IMG/VR virus record: IMGVR_UViG_3300008107_000033
Location: 32,001-96,000 of that record
Strand: one strand, 5' to 3'
DNA: 64,000 bases
DNA from: a virus
Shown here: piece after piece, positions 34,430 to 45,379 of the stretch
Layout: every line of letters starts with the position of its first letter
Numbering within the stretch: the stretch's first letter is position 1
The notes under the pieces: model-generated
Told to the model about the DNA's origin: nothing
Database searches by the model: none
Seen by the model: the letters and a program-made list of their open reading frames with translations, nothing else
Made by a program: the position numbers and the translations under genes

Positions 34430-36334
34430 ATGGCACAATTATCACCATCAACATCAATCTTTGATCAAGTCGCAACATCACTTTCTTCTATAGCAGAAAA
34501 GTTAAAGAGCGGAAAATACATTACTAAACAGGATTTAATATCTGACTTTAATCAGGCGTTAACTGAAGCTTATCAAAATATAGATTCATTTAATACGAAG
34601 TTAGATTTGTTTGCAAAAGGCGAACCACCTACATCAACAAAGATGAACAAATTTGTTAACTCATTAAAAAATGATATAAATATATCTGCTAAGCAATTAG
34701 ATTATCTAACGGCAAAAACTATAAGTATATTTAATTTGTTTACTTCTGAAATAGAAAATGAAAAAAAATATTCTCAAAGAATATTTTCAAAAACAAAGAT
34801 ACTTCAGATGTATTCCGCTAGTCCAGCAGAAGACATAGTATATATTGGCGATTCATTTGATAATCAAGATTATATGGACTTTTCTAGAATGAAAGTAAAT
34901 GAAAATCCTATGATTCTAAACGGTGCTGGAACTATTCAAGCATCAAAAACCACCAATTGGAATCCTTCAAGGATAATAATGAATAACTCCAATGGATTTA
35001 TGGGTAATAATCACATTGTGATAAAGAGCAAAGATGAATTAGACCAAATTAATTACGAATATGCATTCAAAAACAGTCCTTCAATCTCTAATCCATTAAA
35101 TATTATAGATAAAAATCCATTAACATATTTTGAATATGAAGCTTTAAATATTGATAAAGCTAAATATCAATCTATATTTGATTTTATTCCATCAGATAAT
35201 GAATTTTCATATATAGTTGATTCAGAAGAACTTTCATCTGCGCCTAAGCGTAGCTTAATTAATTGGTCTAATCATAATCTACAAAAACCCCTATTGTTAG
35301 ATTTTACTATTGAAGGAAATGGGCCAGCAATGGCTAACTCAGTAAAGATATCTCCATATTTTGGATACACAAAAATAGTAAAAGTATCCAATATTTATGT
35401 AACTAATGATATGGGAGAAACGGAAGATGTTGTTAAGGAATCTTTTTATATAGGTTTATCCCCAGAAAGCTTAACCAAAGAAGCTTACTCAAAGTATTAT
35501 TTTGATTCAGCAGTTGTTAAATTTTCTGACAGAAAAGTATTAAAGGTTAGAGTTGTTCTTGAGCAACCATACTTTAATGAGGAAGAAATAATGCATACAT
35601 ACTGGGCTACAGATTATAGTCAATCTACATCTGATAATAGTCCGTTCTTTGGGTCTGTAAGATTCAATCCAGATTCTTTAAGTAAAGATATTTATCAGGA
35701 AATAAACTATAACAAAGATGCTATTATACCGCCGTTAAGTAATCCAAATATCTTTAAAAAAAATAACGTTACCAGCAAACAGGTAACTGTATCTGTAAAG
35801 AAAAAAATTACAGATACTAATAAGGCTGAATCTGTACAAACATTTAGCGTGCCCCTTAAGCTAAAAAGGGATATAATTAAATGTAAGAGAATGTCAATTG
35901 GTTTGAGGGATGTTTCTATTGAGCATATTGAATATTTAGACTCAGCAGAGATTGTATCCTTACCTTATAAATTTGATTATCCAGTAGAATCTGTAATGCT
36001 AGGTATAGACAGTGATTTAAGTAGCGTTTCTTCAGCTACTCAGCTTATATCCTCTTATATTTCTGTTGATGATGGAAATAACTGGATAGATATAAGTTCA
36101 AGTCAGTTTGGATTTAACTCAGCTTCTTCGTCAGCAAATCCCGAAGTGCTAGTGTTCAATCAAAATGTTCCACCAGGATATAAGTTGCCTGGAGTAGGTT
36201 ATCAAAATTATCCAAAAGTTCCTTCTGAAATTAGAAGCATCTTAGTTAAAATAAAAATGCTAAAAGATCCAAATACAAACGTTGTTCCAACTGTGTATTC
36301 ATACACATTGGCCGCAAAGGTTAAAAAAATATGA
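34430..36334 (+). CDS. Putative virion structural protein (634 aa)
   Basis: N-terminal helical region then beta-rich domains (YISVDDGNNW); structural cluster. Confidence 0.55.
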   Translation: MAQLSPSTSIFDQVATSLSSIAEKLKSGKYITKQDLISDFNQALTEAYQNIDSFNTKLDLFAKGEPPTSTKMNKFVNSLKNDINISAKQLDYLTAKTISIFNLFTSEIENEKKYSQRIFSKTKILQMYSASPAEDIVYIGDSFDNQDYMDFSRMKVNENPMILNGAGTIQASKTTNWNPSRIIMNNSNGFMGNNHIVIKSKDELDQINYEYAFKNSPSISNPLNIIDKNPLTYFEYEALNIDKAKYQSIFDFIPSDNEFSYIVDSEELSSAPKRSLINWSNHNLQKPLLLDFTIEGNGPAMANSVKISPYFGYTKIVKVSNIYVTNDMGETEDVVKESFYIGLSPESLTKEAYSKYYFDSAVVKFSDRKVLKVRVVLEQPYFNEEEIMHTYWATDYSQSTSDNSPFFGSVRFNPDSLSKDIYQEINYNKDAIIPPLSNPNIFKKNNVTSKQVTVSVKKKITDTNKAESVQTFSVPLKLKRDIIKCKRMSIGLRDVSIEHIEYLDSAEIVSLPYKFDYPVESVMLGIDSDLSSVSSATQLISSYISVDDGNNWIDISSSQFGFNSASSSANPEVLVFNQNVPPGYKLPGVGYQNYPKVPSEIRSILVKIKMLKDPNTNVVPTVYSYTLAAKVKKI

Positions 36335-38469
36335 ACATTTCAACAGTACAGAAAAGAAGATTTTTAAATAATATATATAAATTGATATATTCTTCTGGAC
36401 AAAAACCTTCTGAACAAGAGGTTAGAAAAGCATTTAATGAGTACTTCAGTATAAATCAACCAGGGTATCCAATTAGAGTAGACTACGATCTTCTTAGAGC
36501 ATCAAATAAAACAGATGTTGATTTATTAAATCAAATAATGGCAAATACAATCTATAATGTTGACGTATTGTATGACACAATATTAGATAATAATGAAGAA
36601 TTATTTTCTATTGTTACATCACTTAATAAGAAATTAGAAAATTTAAAAAAGAAAAGATTACAACTAGAATCAAAAATAGATGATCTTATATTTATGAATA
36701 ATAATTCTGATGGATATTTTTATTCATTTACAGAAAACTTTATATCAGCAGATAATTTAGATTTGTCATTAACCGACTCTGCTTTTTTTGATCCTAAACT
36801 TAGGAATGTAACTATTAGCAAATTAAAATCTGAACAATTTAATGTTATGACAATTGATAATCTTAATGGAAATAATGTTGATTTTACAGTAACAGCAAAT
36901 GGTCAGCAGTTGAGCGAAACAATTGATAAAACAAATTTTAATAATATATTTGATGGTCTAACTGACACATATTGGGATCACTCAGTATCGCTGCAAAACC
37001 CTCAGCCCGTTTCGATAACAATAAGCATACCCGTAAATAGAACTTCAGTCCTCTCAAAGGTGGATGGAATACTGTTTACTTCATCCCCGGTAAACATTAT
37101 GATGAGAGCTATATATTCTGATCCAGAGAGACCAATTGAAATAAGAACTAAAACATCGAGATCAGACTACGACGCTTTTTCCTTTTCAATTCCAGCAGGT
37201 TCTTACTCAACTATAGAAATAGTTTTATTTAAAAATGAACCAGACTATATAGATCAAAATAGTTCTAATCCATATATTTATAAATTTGGTTTAAGAGAAA
37301 TGGTAATTGGTTCAAAGTACTACGCCAAGTCTGGAATATTAGTGTCTGCTCCGATATCAATTCCTACAAAGACTAACTCAAATCTAGTGATAGATGCTGT
37401 ATCAATGGAAGTTAAAGAGCAAATTGTTCCTGGAACATCGGTTAATTATTATGTAGCTGCCAATAACCCACTGGCACAAAAGATTAATGACTATAATTGG
37501 ATTCCAGTCTCACCAAAAGGTTCAGAGAGTTCTGGGTATAATCCAATTGTTTATCTGGATGGATCGACAAGAAATACGGTGTATATATCAAACTCTCCAG
37601 AGGATGACGAACTTGCCTACATACCACTTAATTCTTCAACAGCAAATGCAAATGAGTTAAATCCAAATACTAGAATATATTCTGGAAAAAATGTTTACAG
37701 AATTGCTCCACTTAGTTCTGAGGAAAACTATTTAAATCCAATTTTTTTAAGCGGTATAGACTGTTTAAAACACAATTATATAATTTATACTGGTTCCTCT
37801 ACCTTAGATGGAAGGTATAAAGATCTTCAATATTGGTCAGATACCCTCAGCAATAAGCCAGCATCACTTCTATCGAATACGCTAGTGGAGCAAATTGGGT
37901 CCATAAATCCAGGAATAAACTCCTATAGTTCTGGATATATAGAAACTTCAGTTTTAAGACAAAGTCCTATAAATGTTATACATACCGTATCAAAGTCTGA
38001 TCCTAATTTTAATTTGGCAATATATTTAAATGGCATTCTGATAGCAGACATCCCGAAGGGAACGAGCAGTAAAGTTATTGAATGGGAGTTTAAATCAGGA
38101 ATTAACAAAGTAGTAGTAACTTACGATAAGACAGTATCTGGACAAGTTTCTTTTAATTTAATAGAGGGTTTGTCATTGTCTAGATACGGATTGGTATTTG
38201 TTGACTATTTTAATTATTTAGATCCATTTGAATTTCAGAATAAAGTAAATGAAGATAGCTATTACTTTACGATAGATACAATTTTTGGAAGAAAAGAAAT
38301 ACTATCTTCAAAACAATTAAACGGAAAATCAAACTTTATTTATACATCCAATAATCCATTGGCAGTTAATGCCGTAAGATTTAGGGTTGATTTAAATAGA
38401 TATGAAGACCCATTGGCATCACCAATGGTTGAGTCTGTAAGAATTAAGTTTAAGCACAGGGATGCATAA
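36331..38469 (+). CDS. Putative virion structural protein (712 aa)
   Basis: ATGA overlap; coiled coil plus a discoidin-like NIFDGLTDTYW motif. Confidence 0.55.
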   Translation: MNISTVQKRRFLNNIYKLIYSSGQKPSEQEVRKAFNEYFSINQPGYPIRVDYDLLRASNKTDVDLLNQIMANTIYNVDVLYDTILDNNEELFSIVTSLNKKLENLKKKRLQLESKIDDLIFMNNNSDGYFYSFTENFISADNLDLSLTDSAFFDPKLRNVTISKLKSEQFNVMTIDNLNGNNVDFTVTANGQQLSETIDKTNFNNIFDGLTDTYWDHSVSLQNPQPVSITISIPVNRTSVLSKVDGILFTSSPVNIMMRAIYSDPERPIEIRTKTSRSDYDAFSFSIPAGSYSTIEIVLFKNEPDYIDQNSSNPYIYKFGLREMVIGSKYYAKSGILVSAPISIPTKTNSNLVIDAVSMEVKEQIVPGTSVNYYVAANNPLAQKINDYNWIPVSPKGSESSGYNPIVYLDGSTRNTVYISNSPEDDELAYIPLNSSTANANELNPNTRIYSGKNVYRIAPLSSEENYLNPIFLSGIDCLKHNYIIYTGSSTLDGRYKDLQYWSDTLSNKPASLLSNTLVEQIGSINPGINSYSSGYIETSVLRQSPINVIHTVSKSDPNFNLAIYLNGILIADIPKGTSSKVIEWEFKSGINKVVVTYDKTVSGQVSFNLIEGLSLSRYGLVFVDYFNYLDPFEFQNKVNEDSYYFTIDTIFGRKEILSSKQLNGKSNFIYTSNNPLAVNAVRFRVDLNRYEDPLASPMVESVRIKFKHRDA

Positions 38470-38508
38470 AGCCAGTGTTTCTGGTACTAATTAGTTAGGA
38501 AGAATTAA

Positions 38509-38907
38509 ATGCCAATAACTTATACAAAACAATCTCACACCAAAAGACTTATAGAACCTTTCTTTTCTAGATTTAGACAAAAATATAGAGCAACTAGAAA
38601 TAGCAAAAGAGAGAATTTAGAAATGAATTCTTTGATTGTTGATTTTAATAGAATTAATAATCAATTAGACTCCATTAATTTAACATGCGATAATTATTCC
38701 GCAAGTATTAATGGTAAAATATCTTCATTAATTGAAGCAGAAGTTTTAGTTGATGGTGTTGATGTTCAAATTGATGGTGTTAGTGCATCTATAGTCGATG
38801 AAATAACATCTGGTGTATCAGGTATAGATATAAATGATATTGTAAAGATTACAGGAAAGTTATCTAGACTTCAAAATAAAGTAAAATTTTTAGAAAACAG
38901 GATTTAA
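38509..38907 (+). CDS. Hypothetical coiled-coil protein
   Basis: 132-aa ORF with AGGA RBS. Confidence 0.6.
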   Translation: MPITYTKQSHTKRLIEPFFSRFRQKYRATRNSKRENLEMNSLIVDFNRINNQLDSINLTCDNYSASINGKISSLIEAEVLVDGVDVQIDGVSASIVDEITSGVSGIDINDIVKITGKLSRLQNKVKFLENRI

Positions 38908-38908
38908 T

Positions 38909-40168
38909 ATGGCAGATTCAATCAATACCCAAAAAAGAGACGCTCATTACAGGGGCCCAGTAGACAGCGCTGAGTACAATACTAGAATTGAAGAAAACTA
39001 TAGAGATCTTTTATATCTGTATAATAAATCAAATATTCTTGATCAAAAACTTTCTCAAGCATTTGAAAGAGTCTTAAAAGACCAGGCGTATTTAGTTAAC
39101 GCTGTTGACGATCTTGTTGATAGAGTCGAGGCTTTAGAAAATGAAACAAATACACTATCAATATATTCTTTTTCACAACTTGATTATGTTAATTTTATTG
39201 GAACAAGTTTTGCGGTTTCAACAACAGACCTTCTTAGCTTAGATCCATATTATAATGCTATAACACTTCCGAAGGTTAGTGGATCTTCAAATTCAAAATT
39301 AAAGTTTCATACATCGGGAACTTCTTCAACTCAAGTTCTTCCGGATTTCTTCAAAACATATATACAAAATGATTATGTTGGTGTAGATACGGCTGGAGCA
39401 GTTATTAATACAACGCCAACATTCCATGCGGTTATAGATGATCCGAATAAGATTTGGAAGCGCAATGTGATTACCCAGTCAACTTCGGTATCTGGGGCTC
39501 AAATGATGTTCTATGTAAAGATTCCATCTGAATTTACTGGATCAACAAAAACAAATTGCATTAAGTTTAATCCATTCCCCGTATACTCAGTTGATATATC
39601 AGCAATAGAATATACAACAAAGCTAAATCCAACTTTAACAGAATCAGATTCCTGGATACCGCTAAACTCCTCAGCTCTCTATAATGGAGTTAGCACAGCA
39701 ATAGGAAAGGTGCCACCTGGTGGATGGCTTATATCTGGATCTGATAAAATCTATAACTCTGGCCCACTCTGCTTTTATTTTCCGGATAAAGAAATTACGG
39801 CAATCAGAATCAAGATGGTGCAGAGAAGCTACATGGAAGAAGGCGGTAATTACATATATACGTACGGCCTTTCGGATCTTGATGTAAGATACGATAAATT
39901 CCTTCCATCTGGCAAAACAATAATTAAATTTACCCCACCAGACGGATCTTTAATTAATAATATAATTAGTGTAGATCCGGTGATTTATAATGTTCCACTA
40001 AGTCAGATGTCAAATGCGTTTAGCTATAGGGTTATATATGATGACGCTGGAAACTACGGCCTTACAAACCCTGGGGCATCTACGAGCGTCTGGATAGAGG
40101 TTACTTTAAATATGCTAGAAGATAAGACGGCACCAGTGCTTTCTGACCTAAGAATTCAATATGATTAA
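38909..40168 (+). CDS. Putative virion structural protein (419 aa)
   Basis: N-terminal RGPVDSAEYN plus coiled coil; beta-rich C-terminus similar in style to neighbouring structural ORFs. Confidence 0.55.
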   Translation: MADSINTQKRDAHYRGPVDSAEYNTRIEENYRDLLYLYNKSNILDQKLSQAFERVLKDQAYLVNAVDDLVDRVEALENETNTLSIYSFSQLDYVNFIGTSFAVSTTDLLSLDPYYNAITLPKVSGSSNSKLKFHTSGTSSTQVLPDFFKTYIQNDYVGVDTAGAVINTTPTFHAVIDDPNKIWKRNVITQSTSVSGAQMMFYVKIPSEFTGSTKTNCIKFNPFPVYSVDISAIEYTTKLNPTLTESDSWIPLNSSALYNGVSTAIGKVPPGGWLISGSDKIYNSGPLCFYFPDKEITAIRIKMVQRSYMEEGGNYIYTYGLSDLDVRYDKFLPSGKTIIKFTPPDGSLINNIISVDPVIYNVPLSQMSNAFSYRVIYDDAGNYGLTNPGASTSVWIEVTLNMLEDKTAPVLSDLRIQYD

Positions 40169-40238
40169 TGGTTAAAAACCAAAAATCATTTTACTATAGA
40201 TAGCGTAAACCGCATTATACAATAAGGAGAAATCTGAT

Positions 40239-40847
40239 ATGGCAACCTTTTACGTAGGTCCAAGACCAGTATTGAAGGGTCGTTCAACTGCCGATATGAT
40301 TAACGTATTCAAGGGTACGGCTGGCACATATTCATTTTACCCACTATTTGCTAAGGGTCTTTTGGATGGTGCTCCAGACAGTCATCATGTCCCAGGCACT
40401 GGTCGTCACCCAGGAAGTGTTCTTTTATCGCAACTTTTTACTGGTTCAACACTCTATGCTGGAACAACTCCATTAGCAGGAACTTTTGCAGATGGAGTTG
40501 GCTACGAAGGCGCTCGTTATAAGCCATTTGAATTTAAGGGTTTGGTCGGTGCAGCAGCGTTTCCTTCTGGCTTTGGTCACGCTGACAGAGTAAGTGATTA
40601 CAGCTATAACAACTATATATTTGACGGTGTTACATCTTCGAATATATTTACTGGAACTGGTCATGGCCCAAGAACAGAAGCACAAGGTGCGCCATCATCG
40701 TTTGGTGTTTTCAGACCAAACGAAGTTCATGGTGTAGCAAGCGCAACAGTGTTTACTTCTGGCTATGGTCAAGCAAACACTGCATCTGACTATGGTAGAA
40801 ACAAAGTATTGGAGTACAAAGGTTTAGCTTCAACAAAAGCCTTGTAA
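40239..40847 (+). CDS. Gly-rich hypothetical protein, probably an abundant virion component
   Basis: Strong AAGGAG RBS; GGT/CGT-rich codon style; followed by hairpins. Confidence 0.6.
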   Translation: MATFYVGPRPVLKGRSTADMINVFKGTAGTYSFYPLFAKGLLDGAPDSHHVPGTGRHPGSVLLSQLFTGSTLYAGTTPLAGTFADGVGYEGARYKPFEFKGLVGAAAFPSGFGHADRVSDYSYNNYIFDGVTSSNIFTGTGHGPRTEAQGAPSSFGVFRPNEVHGVASATVFTSGYGQANTASDYGRNKVLEYKGLASTKAL

Positions 40848-40895
40848 GTATCACTAACAAAATATATTCTGTGCTATACTAATAGCACGGTGACA

Positions 40896-40930
40896 ACAGT
40901 CCCGTCTGATATCAGACGGGATTGTCGTTT
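40896..40930 (+). terminator. Long hairpin/palindrome at the structural-to-metabolic module boundary
   Basis: Perfect 22-bp palindrome TCCCGTCTGATATCAGACGGGA (40900-40921), extendable with a G-U pair, followed by T-rich sequence. Confidence 0.6.
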
Positions 40931-40977
40931 ATATAGATCATTTTTATAGGTTTTGAGTATTTTATTGAGGATTATAA

Positions 40978-41682
40978 ATGTCTTTAGAGGCTCTTGAAAA
41001 GGTAATAAAAGAAGATACGATACCGTTCGAGGTTGCAGAAAAGTATTTAAACCTATTTCTTGGCAAGTCAGATTGGGATAACCACCTAAAAAGACTTTGG
41101 ACAATATCTGCTTCTAAAAACTCCACAGAAGAACAAAGAAAAAACTTTGTGAAAAAAGCCATAAGCTGCGCAATAATGCTTCCTCTGCTAGAGGGCACTA
41201 CTATACCTAGTCCTCCAGACAAACTCTTGTTTTGGTGTACAGCTTGGACTCAGTTTAATGAAAAAGATTGGTTTAAATTATTCCAAGAAAATATAGAAGA
41301 AGATATAAAAATTACAAAAGATAGAAATGCAATTATTATGTTAGGCGTTGTAGATCCAATAGATGTTTCTCCTTTAACTAGGCAGGCATTTAACTGGTTG
41401 TATAATAGGGCAAAAGAAGTTTCTGATTTAAATGAAGAGAATACAAAAGAACTAGAGGCAAAGTTTTTCAATCTAGTGAAGGCATATGGTGGGGCAGTGA
41501 TATGTAATATGTTTGTTAAACACAAAAATAATATTAGTAAAGTATTTAACTGGAGAAGTGGTTATTTCTTTGAGAAAGAAATACATAAAGTATATAAGAT
41601 CGATGAAATAATTAAGATAAAAAATACAGAACTACAAAAGCTTAATCAAAAATACGTAAAAAAAATAACACTTAATAAATAG
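40978..41682 (+). CDS. Hypothetical protein (234 aa)
   Basis: GAGGA RBS and intact ORF. Confidence 0.7.
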   Translation: MSLEALEKVIKEDTIPFEVAEKYLNLFLGKSDWDNHLKRLWTISASKNSTEEQRKNFVKKAISCAIMLPLLEGTTIPSPPDKLLFWCTAWTQFNEKDWFKLFQENIEEDIKITKDRNAIIMLGVVDPIDVSPLTRQAFNWLYNRAKEVSDLNEENTKELEAKFFNLVKAYGGAVICNMFVKHKNNISKVFNWRSGYFFEKEIHKVYKIDEIIKIKNTELQKLNQKYVKKITLNK

Positions 41683-41687
41683 GAGAT

Positions 41688-43802
41688 ATGATGTCAACAG
41701 AAATCGAAAATGGTAATCCAGATCTAGCATACGCAGCTTCAAAACAGGCATCAATGTTTTCTTTTAGGTTAACAGATGACTTTGTCACCAGCTATAAAGA
41801 TAAGGTAGTTCCATTTGGATATAGAGACGCTGCTGGAAATTCGGTTGGAGAAATAACTTTCTTGCGCACATATTCTAGATTAAAAGATGATGGAACAAAA
41901 GAATCATGGACTGACGTTTGTGAAAGAGTAATCAATGGAATGTACTCGTTGCAAAAAGACCACTGCAAAAAGAATCGTCTCCCATGGAATGACGCAAAGG
42001 CTCAGGCTTCAGCAAAAGAAGCATTTGATAGATTGTTTAATTTAAAGTGGACTCCACCTGGACGTGGGCTTTGGGCAATGGGCACTAACATTGTTAATGT
42101 GCAGAAGAATTCGGCAGCGCTTCAAAACTGTGCATTTGTATCTACAGCAGAAATGAATAAGTTTAATCCAGCTAAGCCATTTGCATTCTTAATGGAAGCA
42201 TCAATGCTGGGTGTTGGAGTTGGTTTCGATGATAAGGGTGCAGACAAGGATTTTACTATCTTTGAACCTAAAAAATCAGATACAAACATTCCAATTATAA
42301 TAGCTGATACAAGAGAGGGTTGGGTTGAGTCAACCGCCCTACTACTAAATTCATACTTAAAACCAGATCAAGAGTCAGTAGAATTTGACTACACATTAAT
42401 TCGCCCAGCTGGAACTCCAATTAAAACATTCGGTGGCGTAGCTGCAGGTCATGAGCCATTGGAAAAATTACATAATCATATAAGAAAGATGTTTACTGGA
42501 CGTAAGGGCGATAAGTTAACGCGTGTAGATATAGCGGATATTGGGAACGTTATTGGGGTATGCGTGGTATCCGGAAACGTTCGTCGTTCAGCAGAGTTAT
42601 TGATAGGTCGTTTGGATGATCAGGATTTCTTAAATCTCAAAAATTCAGAACGCTTTCCTGAGCGTAACTCATATGATTCATCTGCTCCAGGTTGGGGCTG
42701 GATGTCCAACAACTCAGTCGAAACAGCAGTCGGTGCAGACCTCTCTTCTATAGTTGAGGGTATATCTTTGAATGGTGAACCAGGTGTTATTTGGATGGAC
42801 ATGTCTCGTAAGTATGGAAGACTTGCAGATCCAGCAAACAATAAAGATCACAGAGTTGCTGGCTACAATCCATGTGCGGAGCAATCCCTAGAGTCATACG
42901 AGTGCTGCACACTAGTAGAAACATACCTCAATCGTCACGATAGCTTGGAAGATTATAAGCGTACCCTAAAGTTTGCGTACCTGTATGCTAAAACGGTTAC
43001 ACTACTCCCTACTCACTGGGAAGAAACAAATGCAATTATGCAACGTAACCGTCGCATCGGTGCTTCAATGTCAGGGGTTGCAAACTTTGCCGATAGAGTA
43101 GGCGTGCCAGCTTTACGCGATTGGATGGATCAAGGTTATAAGACTATTCAGCGTTACGACAATGTTTATTCTGAGTGGCTTGGAATTCGTGAGTCAATTA
43201 AGATGACAACAATTAAGCCATCTGGAACTGTTTCAATCCTTGCTGGAGAATCACCAGGAGTCCACTGGACACCAGGTGGAAAGTTCTTCAATAGAACAAT
43301 ACGTTTCTCAAATGACGACCCAATGTTGCCATTATTTAAAATGGCAAACTATAGAGTTGAGCCAGCTTCTGAATCTCCGGACACTACGTCTGTAGTGTAT
43401 TTCCCAATTAAGTCAGATGCTGCAAGAGCAGAGCGTGATGTAACAATATTTGAAAAGATGTCTTTAGCTGCAACAGCTCAAAGATACTGGTCGGATAATT
43501 CTGTATCTGTTACAATATCCTTTGACAAGGATACTGAAGCCCAGCATGTTGGTACCGTGTTACACATGTATGATGGTCAATTAAAGACTGTATCATTCCT
43601 ACCTAGCGGAAATGACACGTATCCCCAAATGCCTTATACTCAGATAACAGAAGAAGAGTATGTAGATGCTGGTGTAAAGCTATTCCCAATAGATCTTACT
43701 GGTGTATACGCAGGAATGGCATCAGATGCAATTGGCGAAAGATACTGCACAACAGATTCTTGTGAAATTAAGTTCATAAAGGATAACTCAAAAGCCAATT
43801 AA
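41688..43802 (+). CDS. nrdJ: Class II (adenosylcobalamin-dependent) ribonucleotide reductase, monomeric RTPR type
   Basis: RTYSR, PPGRGLW, LQNCAF, GNVRRSA, NPCAEQ, TIKPSGTVS and the C-terminal CTTDSC. Confidence 0.95.
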   Translation: MMSTEIENGNPDLAYAASKQASMFSFRLTDDFVTSYKDKVVPFGYRDAAGNSVGEITFLRTYSRLKDDGTKESWTDVCERVINGMYSLQKDHCKKNRLPWNDAKAQASAKEAFDRLFNLKWTPPGRGLWAMGTNIVNVQKNSAALQNCAFVSTAEMNKFNPAKPFAFLMEASMLGVGVGFDDKGADKDFTIFEPKKSDTNIPIIIADTREGWVESTALLLNSYLKPDQESVEFDYTLIRPAGTPIKTFGGVAAGHEPLEKLHNHIRKMFTGRKGDKLTRVDIADIGNVIGVCVVSGNVRRSAELLIGRLDDQDFLNLKNSERFPERNSYDSSAPGWGWMSNNSVETAVGADLSSIVEGISLNGEPGVIWMDMSRKYGRLADPANNKDHRVAGYNPCAEQSLESYECCTLVETYLNRHDSLEDYKRTLKFAYLYAKTVTLLPTHWEETNAIMQRNRRIGASMSGVANFADRVGVPALRDWMDQGYKTIQRYDNVYSEWLGIRESIKMTTIKPSGTVSILAGESPGVHWTPGGKFFNRTIRFSNDDPMLPLFKMANYRVEPASESPDTTSVVYFPIKSDAARAERDVTIFEKMSLAATAQRYWSDNSVSVTISFDKDTEAQHVGTVLHMYDGQLKTVSFLPSGNDTYPQMPYTQITEEEYVDAGVKLFPIDLTGVYAGMASDAIGERYCTTDSCEIKFIKDNSKAN

Positions 43803-43803
43803 A

Positions 43804-43812
43804 TGATATAAT
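43804..43812 (+). promoter_or_regulatory. Extended -10 promoter (TGATATAAT), probably driving a leaderless thyX mRNA
   Basis: TGnTATAAT ends 7 nt before the ATG at 43820; no SD sequence. Confidence 0.55.
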
Positions 43813-43819
43813 ATATCCT

Positions 43820-44533
43820 ATGGAAGATACTAATAATATAGGAAAATCCATAGCTGTTTTAAATAATGGCTATGTTAGATTAGTTGATGTTATGGGTTCG
43901 GATCTTTCTGTTGCAAATGCGGCTAGAGCTTCGTTTGCAAAAGAAAGTTCCCAAATGTCAACCGACGACGCTAGATTGATAACTTTTCTTGCGAGAGAAA
44001 ATCATATGTCGCCGTTTAGACACGCCTTTGCCACCTTTGAATTTAAGGCTCCACTCCTCGTTGCCAGACAGCACTGGAAGTATGTCGTAGGCGCTGATCA
44101 CACTATGGACTCTTGGAATGAATCGTCTCGTAGATACGTTACGATGGATCCGGAATTTTATATTCCAAAATCTAGTGAATGGAGACTTGCTCCAGACAAT
44201 AAGAAGCAGGGTTCTGGTGGCCCCATAGACCCTTGGACGGGTTCTATTTTGACCGAAGAGCTAAAGAAGTATGTAGAGCAGGGAGAGGCCTTGTACACGA
44301 TGGCAATGGGCAATGGAGTCGCCCCAGAGCAGGCTCGCTTGTTCCTGGCAGCCTATGGAATGCACGTTGTATATAGGTGGTCTTGCAGTCTGCAGTCGAT
44401 TGCTCTGTTCCTAAATCAAAGATTAGCAGAAGATGCTCAACATGAGATAACTGACTACGCAAAAGCGGTACAGGAATTAATAAATCCCCACTTCCCGATC
44501 TCACTATCATGCTTAGTGAGTAGCTATGTATAA
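43820..44533 (+). CDS. thyX: Flavin-dependent thymidylate synthase
   Basis: NAARASF, HMSPF, ARQHWK, NESSRRY, PEQAR, AQHEI motifs. Confidence 0.92.
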   Translation: MEDTNNIGKSIAVLNNGYVRLVDVMGSDLSVANAARASFAKESSQMSTDDARLITFLARENHMSPFRHAFATFEFKAPLLVARQHWKYVVGADHTMDSWNESSRRYVTMDPEFYIPKSSEWRLAPDNKKQGSGGPIDPWTGSILTEELKKYVEQGEALYTMAMGNGVAPEQARLFLAAYGMHVVYRWSCSLQSIALFLNQRLAEDAQHEITDYAKAVQELINPHFPISLSCLVSSYV

Positions 44534-44696
44534 AGATTTATTGCTATCAGTGTTATTGACAATTTGTTTTAACTGGACAATAGCCATGCAGATACTTAAC
44601 CAGACATCTAAAGATAAAAGAACTAGAATATTTTCTGTGGCACTTGCTTTAGTCACTCCATTTATATTCGGTTTAATTATATTTTCATTGTTATGA
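44526..44696 (+). CDS. Small two-TM membrane protein (56 aa, not in ORF track)
   Basis: MYKDLLLSVLLTICFNWTIAMQIL...IFSVALALVTPFIFGLIIFSLL; overlaps the thyX stop and has an ATGA overlap with the next gene. Confidence 0.6.
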   Translation: MYKDLLLSVLLTICFNWTIAMQILNQTSKDKRTRIFSVALALVTPFIFGLIIFSLL

Positions 44697-45160
44697 AACA
44701 ATTTTCTAAAAAAGATATTCAATTCATGAGACTATGTTTTGAGGCATCAAAGATTTTTTCCACGTGCGGAAAAAAACAGTACGCTGCCCTGCTAGTAGAT
44801 GATATGAATCATATTGTTGGCTTTGGCTACAATGGAGGACCAAGAAATACAGTCCACTGCAAAGATGGTGGATGTAAAAGATTCTTAGAAAATTCTCAAA
44901 GTGGTTCAGTATACGACAACTGCATAGCAATTCATGCAGAAGCAAATGCACTTCTTCATTCTGATTATAATTCAAAGCCAACAAAGCTTTATGTGAATGG
45001 ACCACCCTGCTTCAACTGTGCTAAGCTTATATGTAATAGCACATTAAAGACGGTCTATTATTCGGAGGACTCAGATTATAAAAACTGGGAAGAAGTAAAG
45101 TCTTTTATTAATAATGCAAATATAGAAACTATAAAGGTAGATACGAGTGCCAGCATCTAA
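44693..45160 (+). CDS. dCMP deaminase (ComEB-like)
   Basis: GYNG, IHAEANAL and PCFNC zinc motifs. Confidence 0.9.
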   Translation: MKQFSKKDIQFMRLCFEASKIFSTCGKKQYAALLVDDMNHIVGFGYNGGPRNTVHCKDGGCKRFLENSQSGSVYDNCIAIHAEANALLHSDYNSKPTKLYVNGPPCFNCAKLICNSTLKTVYYSEDSDYKNWEEVKSFINNANIETIKVDTSASI

Positions 45161-45374
45161 ATTAAATTATGTTGTAGTATACAAAAACCATAGTCAAGTA
45201 TATGGTTGTTCATCTCCAAAGATAGCAATTGAATCTCCGGCTCCAGATGGCTTAACACAAGAGGATAAAAATATATTCTTTGTTACATTTGAACCAGATA
45301 CTGATAATATATGTCTTCACAAATATGAGCATGACGCTATTGGCGGCTTTGATTTGGATGATAAAAGTAAGTAG
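45147..45374 (+). CDS. Hypothetical protein
   Basis: 75-aa ORF, GTG start, packed in the operon. Confidence 0.55.
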   Translation: MPASKLNYVVVYKNHSQVYGCSSPKIAIESPAPDGLTQEDKNIFFVTFEPDTDNICLHKYEHDAIGGFDLDDKSK

Positions 45375-45379
45375 GAATT

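Noticed and set aside
40848-40977. Possible tRNA or ncRNA in the structured intergenic region
   Set aside because: Two simple hairpins only; no cloverleaf, T-loop GTTC motif or CCA end recognisable.
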